Virus record (IMG/VR): IMGVR_UViG_3300031707_000026
Location: 1-53,650 of that record
Origin: a virus
Taxonomy: Duplodnaviria; Caudoviricetes
Direction: 5' to 3' (one strand)
Length of the DNA: 53,650 bases
Of this stretch, positions 27,778 to 35,358 are shown piece by piece; the first letter of the stretch is position 1, and each line of letters starts with the position of its first letter. Below the pieces are notes generated by a model that worked only from the letters and a program-made list of their open reading frames with translations, had not been told where the DNA came from and searched no databases. The position numbers and the translations under genes are program-made.

Positions 27778-28150
27778 GATTCACCTGCTCTCTAGCTGCT
27801 TTGACAAAAGCATTGAGCTCGCAATCAAACCGCTTGAGGAACTGAGCACGAGTCTTCGTTGAAGCATTCGTCTTGAGCCCAACCCAGCGCTTTATCTCGG
27901 TTGGTGTGAAGAAGACTGGTTCTCGATCAACGATCTTGCCCTTGTCGTCGAAGTCTCGGCCAATGCGAAAAGCACTACTCGTGATTTCGATGAGATGAAT
28001 TCGGGCATACACTTCAGGCCAGTTGCTCTTGGTGATCTCAGGGATCCCAGACGAGATTGATCCGAAGACCAGACATTCGCGTGCTGCACGATCATTATCG
28101 TCGATCGGTTTGGGAGGCACACACTTTGTTGAATCGACCTGTAGAGACAT
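27758..28150 (-). CDS. Hypothetical protein
   Basis: AAAGGAG RBS after a class I element. Confidence 0.6.
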   Translation of the reverse strand: MSLQVDSTKCVPPKPIDDNDRAARECLVFGSISSGIPEITKSNWPEVYARIHLIEITSSAFRIGRDFDDKGKIVDREPVFFTPTEIKRWVGLKTNASTKTRAQFLKRFDCELNAFVKAAREQVNHVSKSK

Positions 28151-28168
28151 CTTGTTTCTCCTTTCTCT

Positions 28169-28227
28169 GAGGCTGAACCGCCTCGTGCTACTCTCGAGTC
28201 GTATCGAGAGTAGCCAATGAAGGTTCA
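28169..28227 (-). ncRNA. Class I intergenic structured element
   Basis: TGAACC...hairpin...GAGGC-GGTTCA-GCCTC, then SD. Confidence 0.6.
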
Positions 28228-28455
28228 GCTTTTCTGAGCGTCGTGGATGATCACATTGATGGCGTCGTGGATGATCACATTGATGTGACCTGTGAGAGCA
28301 TAGAACACATTACCTTCAGCTTCGATCAGTCGAAGTGAAGCATCTCGATCTTGAGACTCAGGGATCTCTGCGACGAGCTGTTCGAGGAGCTCGTGAGCTC
28401 GAAGAAGAAGCTGTTGAGCTCGTATAACTTTGTCAAGCTGTTGCGATGAGATCAT
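28225..28455 (-). CDS. Hypothetical protein with a 24-bp in-frame tandem duplication
   Basis: INVIIHDA occurs twice. Confidence 0.55.
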   Translation of the reverse strand: MISSQQLDKVIRAQQLLLRAHELLEQLVAEIPESQDRDASLRLIEAEGNVFYALTGHINVIIHDAINVIIHDAQKS

Positions 28456-28456
28456 A

Positions 28457-28678
28457 CTACACCGAAGCCTTTCGCCCGAGATAGAGGTTCATCTTGAGCT
28501 GGCCAGGAACAGCTGTGAAGCCGCCAGTCGAAGCGATGCCAATCATCTTGCCTGAAGAGCTCGCTCCGATCTCTTTCGTCGTATCGACGACGATGATCAG
28601 CAAGTCGTCCTGTTTGACGATCTTTAAGTTCTCACCAACAGCCTTCGCGTCCTTGAGATTTACAGAGATTGTGTCCAT
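28457..28678 (-). CDS. Hypothetical small protein
   Basis: AAAAGGAG RBS; SSSGKMIGIASTGG motif. Confidence 0.6.
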   Translation of the reverse strand: MDTISVNLKDAKAVGENLKIVKQDDLLIIVVDTTKEIGASSSGKMIGIASTGGFTAVPGQLKMNLYLGRKASV

Positions 28679-28693
28679 TGCTTTTCTCCTTTT

Positions 28694-28996
28694 CTAGCTC
28701 TCGATCACATCGAGAAATCGAGAAACGAACTCACTTGCACTGAGCGTCTGAATCTTCTCTCGTTGTCGTCGCTCGATCTGTTGAGTCTCTCCCAAACAGA
28801 GACGCTCGCTCAGACGGCGATAGATAACACTCAGTGCTTTCAAGTCAGCATGGTACTCTTCTGACTGATTGGGCCCATGACGAATGACTACCTTGAACCA
28901 ACAGCGAGACCCGATCTTGCGAAATAGGTAGTCGTCTGGGCCTATGCCCCCAGACTTGAGGGTTAGATTCCCTCCTTCAAAAAACGTCGCTGTCAT
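28694..28996 (-). CDS. Hypothetical protein
   Basis: AGGAG RBS before ATG 28996, after a class I element. Confidence 0.55.
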   Translation of the reverse strand: MTATFFEGGNLTLKSGGIGPDDYLFRKIGSRCWFKVVIRHGPNQSEEYHADLKALSVIYRRLSERLCLGETQQIERRQREKIQTLSASEFVSRFLDVIES

Positions 28997-29013
28997 ACTT
29001 TTCTCTCCTATTT

Positions 29014-29073
29014 GGGACTGAACCGTCCCTGACCGAGTCTTAACATTTGTTAAGACTCGGATATGAAGGTTCA
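29014..29073 (-). ncRNA. Class I intergenic structured element
   Basis: TGAACC...hairpin...GGGAC-GGTTCA-GTCCC. Confidence 0.6.
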
Positions 29074-29913
29074 ATCTGTTAGCTGCTTGTTTCGACCACC
29101 CATACTCTTCTGTCCAATGTGTAGAGTGGCACCGACTTCAGAGCCCTTAGCGTAGCCGAGAGTGTTGAAATCATTACCCCCAGAGCTCACAGTGTTAAAG
29201 CCTTTCGAGAACAGCTTCCACTTAGCTGCGAGATTCTCGTCAAAGACAACAAGCGCTAACGAGACGTTCTTGGTGCGAGAATCTTCCTGCTCTTGCAGGG
29301 ACTTGCTGACAGCAGACAAGCATCCCTGCAACCAAGACTGGCGGAAGACGTTTGGGTGTTCACCCATCAACCCTGAGATGCGATATGCGCTGTTGACGCT
29401 GCGAATGCCTCGATTGAGCTCGTTGTACTCAGTGACGAGCTCTTTGCAATACACAGATGTCGCTTCTAACGCCATCAGCGTGAGCTTGTTCAACCACTCG
29501 ACGAACAGCTGAGAAGCAAGCTCTGCACTCGATTCCTTTCCGTAGAAGCCAATGGTCTTGCCCAACGAGCGTTCATAGCCGTACACAGTCTTCATTGGCT
29601 TGTCATCGTCTGTATACTTCCCTGTCGAGAAGTGCTTCGTGTGCGTGATGTGAGCGATGACGCGAGCAAGCTGCCAGTGCCAAGAGCGAATAACACCAAA
29701 CATGGCGTCTGCGTTCTTGGACTTGAATGCTTCGTCGATGACGACGTTGCCTGCTTCGTGCACTTCGGCCATCGAAATCGAATACTTATCCATCAGACGC
29801 TGCATCGCTGCTGATGCGTTCGCGATCTCGCCTTCGAAAGCACCGCTGTCTGGGTTCACGATCTCAGACAGCTTGCGAACTTGCTCGATGATTTTCTTAC
29901 GACTTTTTGTCAT
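29071..29913 (-). CDS. DUF2786-domain protein
   Basis: KIIEQVRKL...EGEIANA...QRLMDKYSIS N-terminal motif; ATG 29913 with AGGAG RBS. Confidence 0.75.
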   Translation of the reverse strand: MTKSRKKIIEQVRKLSEIVNPDSGAFEGEIANASAAMQRLMDKYSISMAEVHEAGNVVIDEAFKSKNADAMFGVIRSWHWQLARVIAHITHTKHFSTGKYTDDDKPMKTVYGYERSLGKTIGFYGKESSAELASQLFVEWLNKLTLMALEATSVYCKELVTEYNELNRGIRSVNSAYRISGLMGEHPNVFRQSWLQGCLSAVSKSLQEQEDSRTKNVSLALVVFDENLAAKWKLFSKGFNTVSSGGNDFNTLGYAKGSEVGATLHIGQKSMGGRNKQLTD

Positions 29914-29928
29914 CTTGAGTCTCCTTTT

Positions 29929-29987
29929 GGGATTGAACGATCCCAGTGTGCTCATCTCTTTTGAGATGAGCACTAGCGAGCGTTCAA
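29929..29987 (-). ncRNA. Class I intergenic structured element
   Basis: TTGAACGCTCG...hairpin...GGGAT-CGTTCA-ATCCC. Confidence 0.6.
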
Positions 29988-30302
29988 CTACTTGCTAAAC
30001 TCTTTCTTGAACAGTTGTTGGACTTTCTTCTCAACAAGGTCGAGCTGGATCGTCTCGAGATCGGCGACATTCTCGATGCAGCTTTCGCCGAGGATGCGAA
30101 GAGCTTCACCCACATCTGGGAATTCTTCTTCAGAGCTCTGCCGCATCTCATAACCGATCGAGATGAGTTGGGTTTTGTACTCGGAGACGAACTCATCAGC
30201 AAGGAACTCGTCTGAAGGGTAGCCACAAGCAGCACAAGCCTTCCGCTCGAGAGCGTTAAGCTCGGCTGTGCTCATAGCAGGGACTGAAACTCTCGTAGTC
30301 AT
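29988..30302 (-). CDS. Hypothetical protein
   Basis: AGGAGGT RBS; CAAC motif. Confidence 0.55.
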   Translation of the reverse strand: MTTRVSVPAMSTAELNALERKACAACGYPSDEFLADEFVSEYKTQLISIGYEMRQSSEEEFPDVGEALRILGESCIENVADLETIQLDLVEKKVQQLFKKEFSK

Positions 30303-30562
30303 TCTACACCTCCTAGAACAGAATTGCGATCAAGCGATACTGCTAGAATTGCTGGCGAGCCTTCTGTACAAGAAAGCATGAACCCCTTCTCGAACCTGTT
30401 GCCCATGCTTAGCTCCTCGAGGCGATGACGACTTGCGAGCGTGACATGGTTATATGATCGAGTAGCAGTGTCCGTCGATGTGCCAGGAATGTATTCTGTA
30501 ACGAGTGCACTACCACCGTCCCAGAAGGTCAAGCGCTTGTCGTTCTTTACTTTTGAAGCCAT
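30299..30562 (-). CDS. Hypothetical protein
   Basis: AAAAGGAG RBS before ATG 30562. Confidence 0.55.
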   Translation of the reverse strand: MASKVKNDKRLTFWDGGSALVTEYIPGTSTDTATRSYNHVTLASRHRLEELSMGNRFEKGFMLSCTEGSPAILAVSLDRNSVLGGVE

Positions 30563-30578
30563 TTTAACATCTCCTTTT

Positions 30579-30640
30579 GGGATTGAACGATCCCTTCCTA
30601 GCTTCCAGCGAATGCTGAAAGCTAGGCCACGAGCGTTCAA
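30579..30640 (-). ncRNA. Class I intergenic structured element
   Basis: TTGAACGCTCG...hairpin...GGGAT-CGTTCA-ATCCC. Confidence 0.6.
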
Positions 30641-30780
30641 TCTTCTCCTACCATCTTCACTATGCCCTTACTCGACTTTGTTCTCGAGCGTGGGGGAGCT
30701 TACAAGAGAAGGGGTTTTCGCTCAAAGACAAACTCGCTCTGAGCAACTTGGTAAGACTGACGATGCGCTGCAGACAAAGG

Positions 30781-31008
30781 CTACTCGACATTAACCCACT
30801 TCATGCAAGTTTGCAAAAGGTGATTGTAGTCGCCGCTTGTCGCTTCGCCCATGAAGGCATCGCAGTCTTCCTTCGAGACGTCGTTGCTCTTCAAGGCCTT
30901 GGAAACCTTGCCCAAAACGAAGAAGGCGTTGCCGTCTTCGCCAGAAAGTTGGACGGTGATCTCGGGGAACTTGACAGCACCTGCGGTCGTACTTTGATTT
31001 GTCGTCAT
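30781..31008 (-). CDS. Small phage hypothetical protein (GEDGNAF motif)
   Basis: AGGAG RBS; VQLSGEDGNAFFVLG...SGDYNHLL. Confidence 0.65.
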   Translation of the reverse strand: MTTNQSTTAGAVKFPEITVQLSGEDGNAFFVLGKVSKALKSNDVSKEDCDAFMGEATSGDYNHLLQTCMKWVNVE

Positions 31009-31021
31009 CTTGACATCTCCT

Positions 31022-31110
31022 AGATTGCATTGAATGATGCAACCTTAACAAATCATCTAACAAGGAGTTAGATGATTTGTTAAGGTTGAGCAACTGAGAA
31101 GTTGCTCAAC
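31022..31110 (-). ncRNA. Class II intergenic four-arm structured element
   Basis: Three hairpins sharing GTTG/CAAC; last loop CATTCA. Confidence 0.55.
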
Positions 31111-31120
31111 TTTGATCTTT

Positions 31121-31372
31121 CTAGAAGTCTAGCCAGAGAGGGAGCTTCTCGAACTCTCGACCCCACCACTCGATCATTGAGTCGCCTTGATCATACGCCT
31201 TCATTACTAGGCATCGAAGGTTGTTCGAGTGAAAGAGATCCATTGTTATCGTGCCGCGCTCGATTGCCAAGAATGTGTTGCTGAGTTCGATGTAGGCATC
31301 AGTTTGTGCAGCATTGTATAAGCGGGCAGCTTCCTGCTTGTCCCATTGTTGCCAAACGGGTAGCATAGTCAT
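31121..31372 (-). CDS. Hypothetical protein
   Basis: AAAGGAG RBS. Confidence 0.5.
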   Translation of the reverse strand: MTMLPVWQQWDKQEAARLYNAAQTDAYIELSNTFLAIERGTITMDLFHSNNLRCLVMKAYDQGDSMIEWWGREFEKLPLWLDF

Positions 31373-31385
31373 TTCATTTCTCCTT

Positions 31386-31580
31386 TCACAAATAGCCAAG
31401 CTGTCGAAGCGAGCGACTAGCCTTCATGAATTGACTCCAGCGCTTCACAGCCCACATCTCAGCAAGTTCGCGGTCAGTGAAGAAACGTTTCCCGACGAAC
31501 ACTTGCGAGTTCCCCTGCACGGCGCTTAGACGAATCGTGACGCCGTTTGGTGCATACTTTCGGTCGACTTTTACGTGCAT
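31386..31580 (-). CDS. Hypothetical protein
   Basis: AAAGGAG RBS before ATG 31580. Confidence 0.5.
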   Translation of the reverse strand: MHVKVDRKYAPNGVTIRLSAVQGNSQVFVGKRFFTDRELAEMWAVKRWSQFMKASRSLRQLGYL

Positions 31581-31594
31581 CTTGTTTCTCCTTT

Positions 31595-31655
31595 GGGATT
31601 GAACGATCCCTGACTCAACCTTAACATTTGTTAAGGTTGAGATGCGAGCGTTCAA
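31595..31655 (-). ncRNA. Class I intergenic structured element
   Basis: TTGAACGCTCG...CTCAACCTTAAC/GTTAAGGTTGAG hairpin...GGGAT-CGTTCA-ATCCC. Confidence 0.6.
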
Positions 31656-31661
31656 TTAGCT

Positions 31662-32087
31662 TTAGAGCATCAACTCATCGCGCAGGAACGGCGGCAAGTG
31701 AGAATTGTGGTAATAGTAGCTCGTCGCGATGAACGGCGCTACTTCTTCATACCACTTCTTGGTGCTGCGATATGCTTGCCGAATCTTGCCGTCGACAACT
31801 ACTGCATGCTCAATCGTCTCATCGCGTCCCCACTTGCTGATGCGAAAGATTGTGCCGACCGAGCCTTCCTGCTTGCCGTCTGCAGAGCTCATCAACGCTT
31901 CGAGATTGGTGCGAGCTTCACCAAGCGTCACAAAGTCTTCAGAGCGAGCTGTTTTGTGAAGCTTGTCGTCGTCGCCGATGACGCGCAGCGTTGCAAAGTA
32001 GCGAGTTGTCGTAGTGCCATGCTTGATCATGCGGGCTCGCCTTGCAGAAAACTTGCTCATCATCCTTTCGTCGAACATTGTAGCCAT
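31662..32087 (-). CDS. Hypothetical protein
   Basis: AAAAAGGAG RBS after a class II element. Confidence 0.6.
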   Translation of the reverse strand: MATMFDERMMSKFSARRARMIKHGTTTTRYFATLRVIGDDDKLHKTARSEDFVTLGEARTNLEALMSSADGKQEGSVGTIFRISKWGRDETIEHAVVVDGKIRQAYRSTKKWYEEVAPFIATSYYYHNSHLPPFLRDELML

Positions 32088-32112
32088 CTTTGCTCTCCTT
32101 TTTGCAAAAAAT

Positions 32113-32207
32113 AGATTGTAGCCGAATTGCTACAACCTTAACAAGTCGTCCAAACTAGTTGAACGACTTGTTAAGGTTGAGGAGCTCCTCCTCGAGCTCT
32201 TCAACCT
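32113..32207 (-). ncRNA. Class II intergenic four-arm structured element
   Basis: Three hairpins sharing GTTG/CAAC; last hairpin GTTGTAGC-AATTCG-GCTACAATC. Confidence 0.55.
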
Positions 32208-32213
32208 AAAACC

Positions 32214-32435
32214 TTACGCTGAGTGCCAGCCGAAGCGGTAGTAGAAGCGTCGCATCTTTGCTTCGCCTTCAACCTGCACTGTCGCGCGAACATAGACGCC
32301 GCTTGGGCCTAAGCCGCACGTCACAATTTTCGCTGACTTGCCAAGCTTGGCTGCAAGCTTAGCAACCTTGACTTCAAGCTCCCTGCGAGTCATTACAACA
32401 TATTTCGCGTTTTCCTTCTCGTCTTCTGTAGCCAT
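32214..32435 (-). CDS. Small basic protein, probable paralog of the 33541-33822 product
   Basis: KLGK...VQVEGEAKMRRFYYRFGW aligns by eye with KLGK...VKVVGEVGLRRWFWYGGRW. Confidence 0.6.
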   Translation of the reverse strand: MATEDEKENAKYVVMTRRELEVKVAKLAAKLGKSAKIVTCGLGPSGVYVRATVQVEGEAKMRRFYYRFGWHSA

Positions 32436-32458
32436 CTTTGCTCTCCTTTTGCAAAAAT

Positions 32459-32554
32459 AGATTGTAGCCGAATTGCTACAACCTTAACAAATCACTCAAA
32501 GGCAAACTTTGCTTTGAGAGATTTGTTAAGGTTGAGCAACTCTCGTTGCTCAAC
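32459..32554 (-). ncRNA. Class II intergenic four-arm structured element
   Basis: Same architecture; its 3' ~60 nt are nearly identical to the 32113 copy. Confidence 0.55.
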
Positions 32555-32894
32555 TTTTTCATCGGCGAGGTCGTCGCAAGCTTCAAATAGCTCGCTCATT
32601 CATTCGCGAGTCGTCGCAAGCTAAATATCTTTGCTCGCTCGTCACAAATTGTATCCGGTGCTATCTACGCGCATCAAAAGATGTCGCCCTACTTTCGCTT
32701 GGGTTTCGCGATTTTGGATTCTGTCGCTTCGCATCCCCACCTCCTAGCCTACTATTACCTTTTTGAGCCTTGTTAAGGTTAGTTTTCACTGCGCTTCTGC
32801 TTGCGTACCTGCCTTCGCAGCTACTTTCCTTAATGCTCGCGGATTGGAGGTGATGTGGTGAAAAGTTTGGTTGTTAAAGTGCTATCTTATATTT

Positions 32895-32937
32895 ATTATA
32901 GAGCCTAAAGATTAAGGGGCGATTAAGAGATAATAAG
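32895..32937 (-). promoter_or_regulatory. Promoter for the - strand early array (phased CTTAATC boxes plus TATAAT)
   Basis: Minus strand reads CTTATTATCT-CTTAATCGCCC-CTTAATCTTTAGGCTC-TATAAT. Confidence 0.65.
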
Positions 32938-32977
32938 AGTTTCGCGGACTGTTAGGAGGAGTAGTTGTGTAAAGTTT

Positions 32978-33410
32978 TGTTAAGGTTGTTAAGGTGGGGA
33001 GCGAGCGCGCGTGATTTGTTAAGATACTGCTCGCACGCTTTCAAGCCTGCGCGCAAAGCGACGCGCTCGTTAGGGTTGTTAAGATTGTTAAGGTTGTTAA
33101 GATTGTTAAGGTTGTTAAGACTCGCGCGCACACTCGCTCGCACTCACTCGCTCTCTCGCACGCACTCGCGCGGTCGCTCGCTCAAAGTTGAGCTTGCGCC
33201 GAGCGGAGTTGTGAAGCGCGAGTTGTTAAGGTTGTTAAGGTTGCGCGTATCTTAACAAATGTTAAGGTTGTTAAGGTTGCGCGTATCTTAACAACCTTAA
33301 CGGCTGCGCGTACCTTAACAACCTTAACAACTGCGCGGTGTTAAGGTTGCGAAGAGCTGCGATTTGTTAAGGTTGTTAAGGTTGCGCGTACCTTAACAAC
33401 CTTAACAAAT
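32978..33410. repeat. Array of 9-bp TTGTTAAGG / CCTTAACAA repeats interleaved with GCGC(G) tracts
   Basis: Dozens of direct and inverted copies, e.g. 33068-33120 and 33222-33410. Confidence 0.9.
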
Positions 33411-33423
33411 CGCACCAAATCCT

Positions 33424-33488
33424 CTAATCTTCTTCTTAGCGCCTTTTAATCTCCTCTTAATACTCTCTTAATCTTGGTAGCCTATAAT
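33424..33488 (+). promoter_or_regulatory. Promoter with five 11-bp-phased boxes plus TATAAT
   Basis: Boxes at 33424, 33435, 33446, 33457, 33468; TATAAT at 33483. Confidence 0.7.
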
Positions 33489-33540
33489 ATAGGTATAAAG
33501 GAAGCCGCCGGTTTCCTAAAAGAAGAAAAGGAGAAATGAA

Positions 33541-33822
33541 ATGAAAGAAAGAATTGAAAGGGAAATAGAAAGAGTAGGAAATGAGTATGGGGTGAGAGTT
33601 GGAGAGAGGTTGGAAGAGAGATTGTTAAGGTTGGAAAAGTTAGGAAAGGAGATTGAAAGTGTTAAGGCTTATGTTTTTGAAGGAAAGGAGAAGGAGATAG
33701 GTTATGCAGGAAGAAGGGGATATGGTAGGGGTTTTTGGAAAAGAGGAGTTGTTAAGGTTGTAGGAGAAGTAGGATTAAGGAGATGGTTTTGGTATGGAGG
33801 AAGGTGGTGTAATAGTAGATAA
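33541..33822 (+). CDS. Stand-alone 93-aa protein encoded almost without cytosine
   Basis: Own promoter, AAAAGGAG RBS and terminator; only C33668 and C33707, both in Ala codons; similar to the 32214-32435 product. Confidence 0.75.
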   Translation: MKERIEREIERVGNEYGVRVGERLEERLLRLEKLGKEIESVKAYVFEGKEKEIGYAGRRGYGRGFWKRGVVKVVGEVGLRRWFWYGGRWCNSR

Positions 33823-33835
33823 ATAGATAGGTAGG

Positions 33836-33872
33836 AAAAGGAACCTTAACAAATGTTAAGGTTCCTTTTTTT
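33836..33872 (+). terminator. Rho-independent terminator built from the GTTAAGG motif
   Basis: AAAAGGAACCTTAAC-AAAT-GTTAAGGTTCCTTTTTTT. Confidence 0.8.
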
Positions 33873-33917
33873 AAGATTGTTAAGATGCGTTAAGGTTGTT
33901 AAGGTTGCGCGGCTCGT

Positions 33918-33999
33918 GTTAAGGTTGTTAAGCTCGTTAAGGTTGTTAAGCTCGTTAAGGTTGTTAAGCTCGTTAAGGTTGTTAAGCTCGTTAAGGTTG
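33918..33999. repeat. 18-bp tandem repeat GTTAAGGTTGTTAAGCTC, four copies plus a partial
   Basis: Perfect units start at 33918, 33936, 33954 and 33972. Confidence 0.95.
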
Positions 34000-34234
34000 G
34001 CAACCCCCGGCGCGTGCGCGATGCGCGAGAGCCCGGGAGCTGTGTGCGACATCAGCGACAATCGCATCTCACATCTCTCACTACGCATCTACAACGCCCA
34101 GATCAAGTCACATCTCGCATCTCCCTACACTATGCAACCCCAAAAGGCCGCCAAACTTTAGGAAACAGCACGCTTAAAAAGCACGCTTGCAACGCCCCCT
34201 ACAACGCCAAGGTCTAGAGAACAGCACGTCTCGA

Positions 34235-34440
34235 AAGCATCGTTTGACATGTCAAACTAACTTCCCTGAATAACTTTACTAACCTATCCCGAGCAAAGTT
34301 AGCAAAGTTAGTTTGCCGCATATATACATATGCGGCAAACTAACTATGCCCAACTATGCTTTGTGGGGGAAAAACTGTCAAAATAACCGCAGTTCTTTTA
34401 AGTTATTTTGACAAAAACATGCGTGTCAAACGATGCTTTT
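34235..34440. repeat. Nested inverted repeats with a central palindrome (34301-34350)
   Basis: Outer pair AAAGCATCGTTTGACA / TGTCAAACGATGCTTT; AGTTAGTTTGCCGCATAT-ATAC-ATATGCGGCAAACTAACT; TGTCAAAATAAC / GTTATTTTGACA. Confidence 0.8.
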
Positions 34441-34519
34441 TGCAGAGATTTCAGCAAGACGACAAACTAACCACACATATTCTTCGTCGTATTCTTAGTT
34501 TCTACACGGCGGACACCCC

Positions 34520-34578
34520 TTGATTTCCTCCCGAGAACATTATATACTATTGTTAAGCTATTGTTAAGGTTGTTAAGA
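34520..34578 (+). promoter_or_regulatory. Sigma70-type promoter of the packaging/structural operon, with GTTAAG boxes over the start site
   Basis: TTGATT-17 nt-TATACT (34520-34548) followed by TGTTAAGCTATTGTTAAGGTTGTTAAG. Confidence 0.65.
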
Positions 34579-34580
34579 CT

Positions 34581-34829
34581 ATGGCTCTTAAATGGATTCA
34601 GCCCAGATTATTTTATCTCTTCTCTGACGGTCCCATTGTTCGCATTGGGACGGAGTACACAGAAGAAGCGAAGCGAAGACCCCGTCTAGCTCGTCTTGGG
34701 ACGAAGCACTCTGAAGAGACGAAGCGAAAGATTGGCTCGTACCACCTTGGGACGAAACACTCTCCCGAGACGATTCAAAAGATGCGCGATACCTACCAGA
34801 GGAACCATGGCCTTCGGCAGCAAAGCTAA
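34581..34829 (+). CDS. NUMOD3-repeat-only protein (homing endonuclease remnant or DNA-binding regulator)
   Basis: GTEYTEEAK, GTKHSEETKRKI and GTKHSPETIQKM repeats; no nuclease domain. Confidence 0.6.
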   Translation: MALKWIQPRLFYLFSDGPIVRIGTEYTEEAKRRPRLARLGTKHSEETKRKIGSYHLGTKHSPETIQKMRDTYQRNHGLRQQS

Positions 34830-35358
34830 CAATATTCCCAATAGTCCAGAACACGTCTCAGAAGCTCCTGCTGCTGGCAAGGCTCGACGTGCCTTGACGA
34901 CGATGCTTCAAGACGCTGGGGATCAAATCATTGCTGTCAAGCAGGGAGAGGGAGCTACAGCCGAAGAGATTCTTCGATCGAAGTCTCAGATCCTCTCAGA
35001 TCTTGTATGGGAGATGCTGCTTTACAGAACAGTTCACTTCCCCGACGGTACGACCCTCAAAATCAACTCAATCGCAGAATGGTTCGAAGCAGTCAAGTTC
35101 TTGTATCGTCAAGTGGATGGTGCGCCGCCTGCTGAAGTTGGCTTGACTTTGAATCCGAACTTCGACCCGAAGGCTTGGGCAGAAGAGCGTCGGCAGCGTC
35201 TCGAGTCTACAGTCGCAGAACTTCCTGACGAGTCTGTGCTAGCAGTCCCTACTCCGCAATCTCAAGAAACTTCGTCGACAGATGACCTTGAAGCTGCTCT
35301 CGAAAACGCGGAGCCAGTTACAGGTACTGTATTTGATATGAATCGAGATGTAGCATGA
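34807..35358 (+). CDS. Probable terminase small subunit
   Basis: Position upstream of TerL; AVKFLYRQVDG helix motif; GAGGA RBS before ATG 34807. Confidence 0.55.
   Translation: MAFGSKANNIPNSPEHVSEAPAAGKARRALTTMLQDAGDQIIAVKQGEGATAEEILRSKSQILSDLVWEMLLYRTVHFPDGTTLKINSIAEWFEAVKFLYRQVDGAPPAEVGLTLNPNFDPKAWAEERRQRLESTVAELPDESVLAVPTPQSQETSSTDDLEAALENAEPVTGTVFDMNRDVA

Noticed and set aside
28169-32554. Known self-cleaving ribozymes (hammerhead, HDV/theta) as the identity of the intergenic elements
   Set aside because: No CUGANGA/GAAA core and no HDV-type nested double pseudoknot could be drawn by eye; left unassigned pending a CM search
32950-34000. CRISPR array
   Set aside because: Repeats are 9-18 bp, tandem or inverted, with no unique constant-length spacers and no cas operon; the Cas4-like nuclease sits in a normal recombination module
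32952-34161. Low-complexity ORFs (LLRLLR, NNLNNL, LLSSLR) in the track
   Set aside because: They are translations of the repeat array, with no RBS
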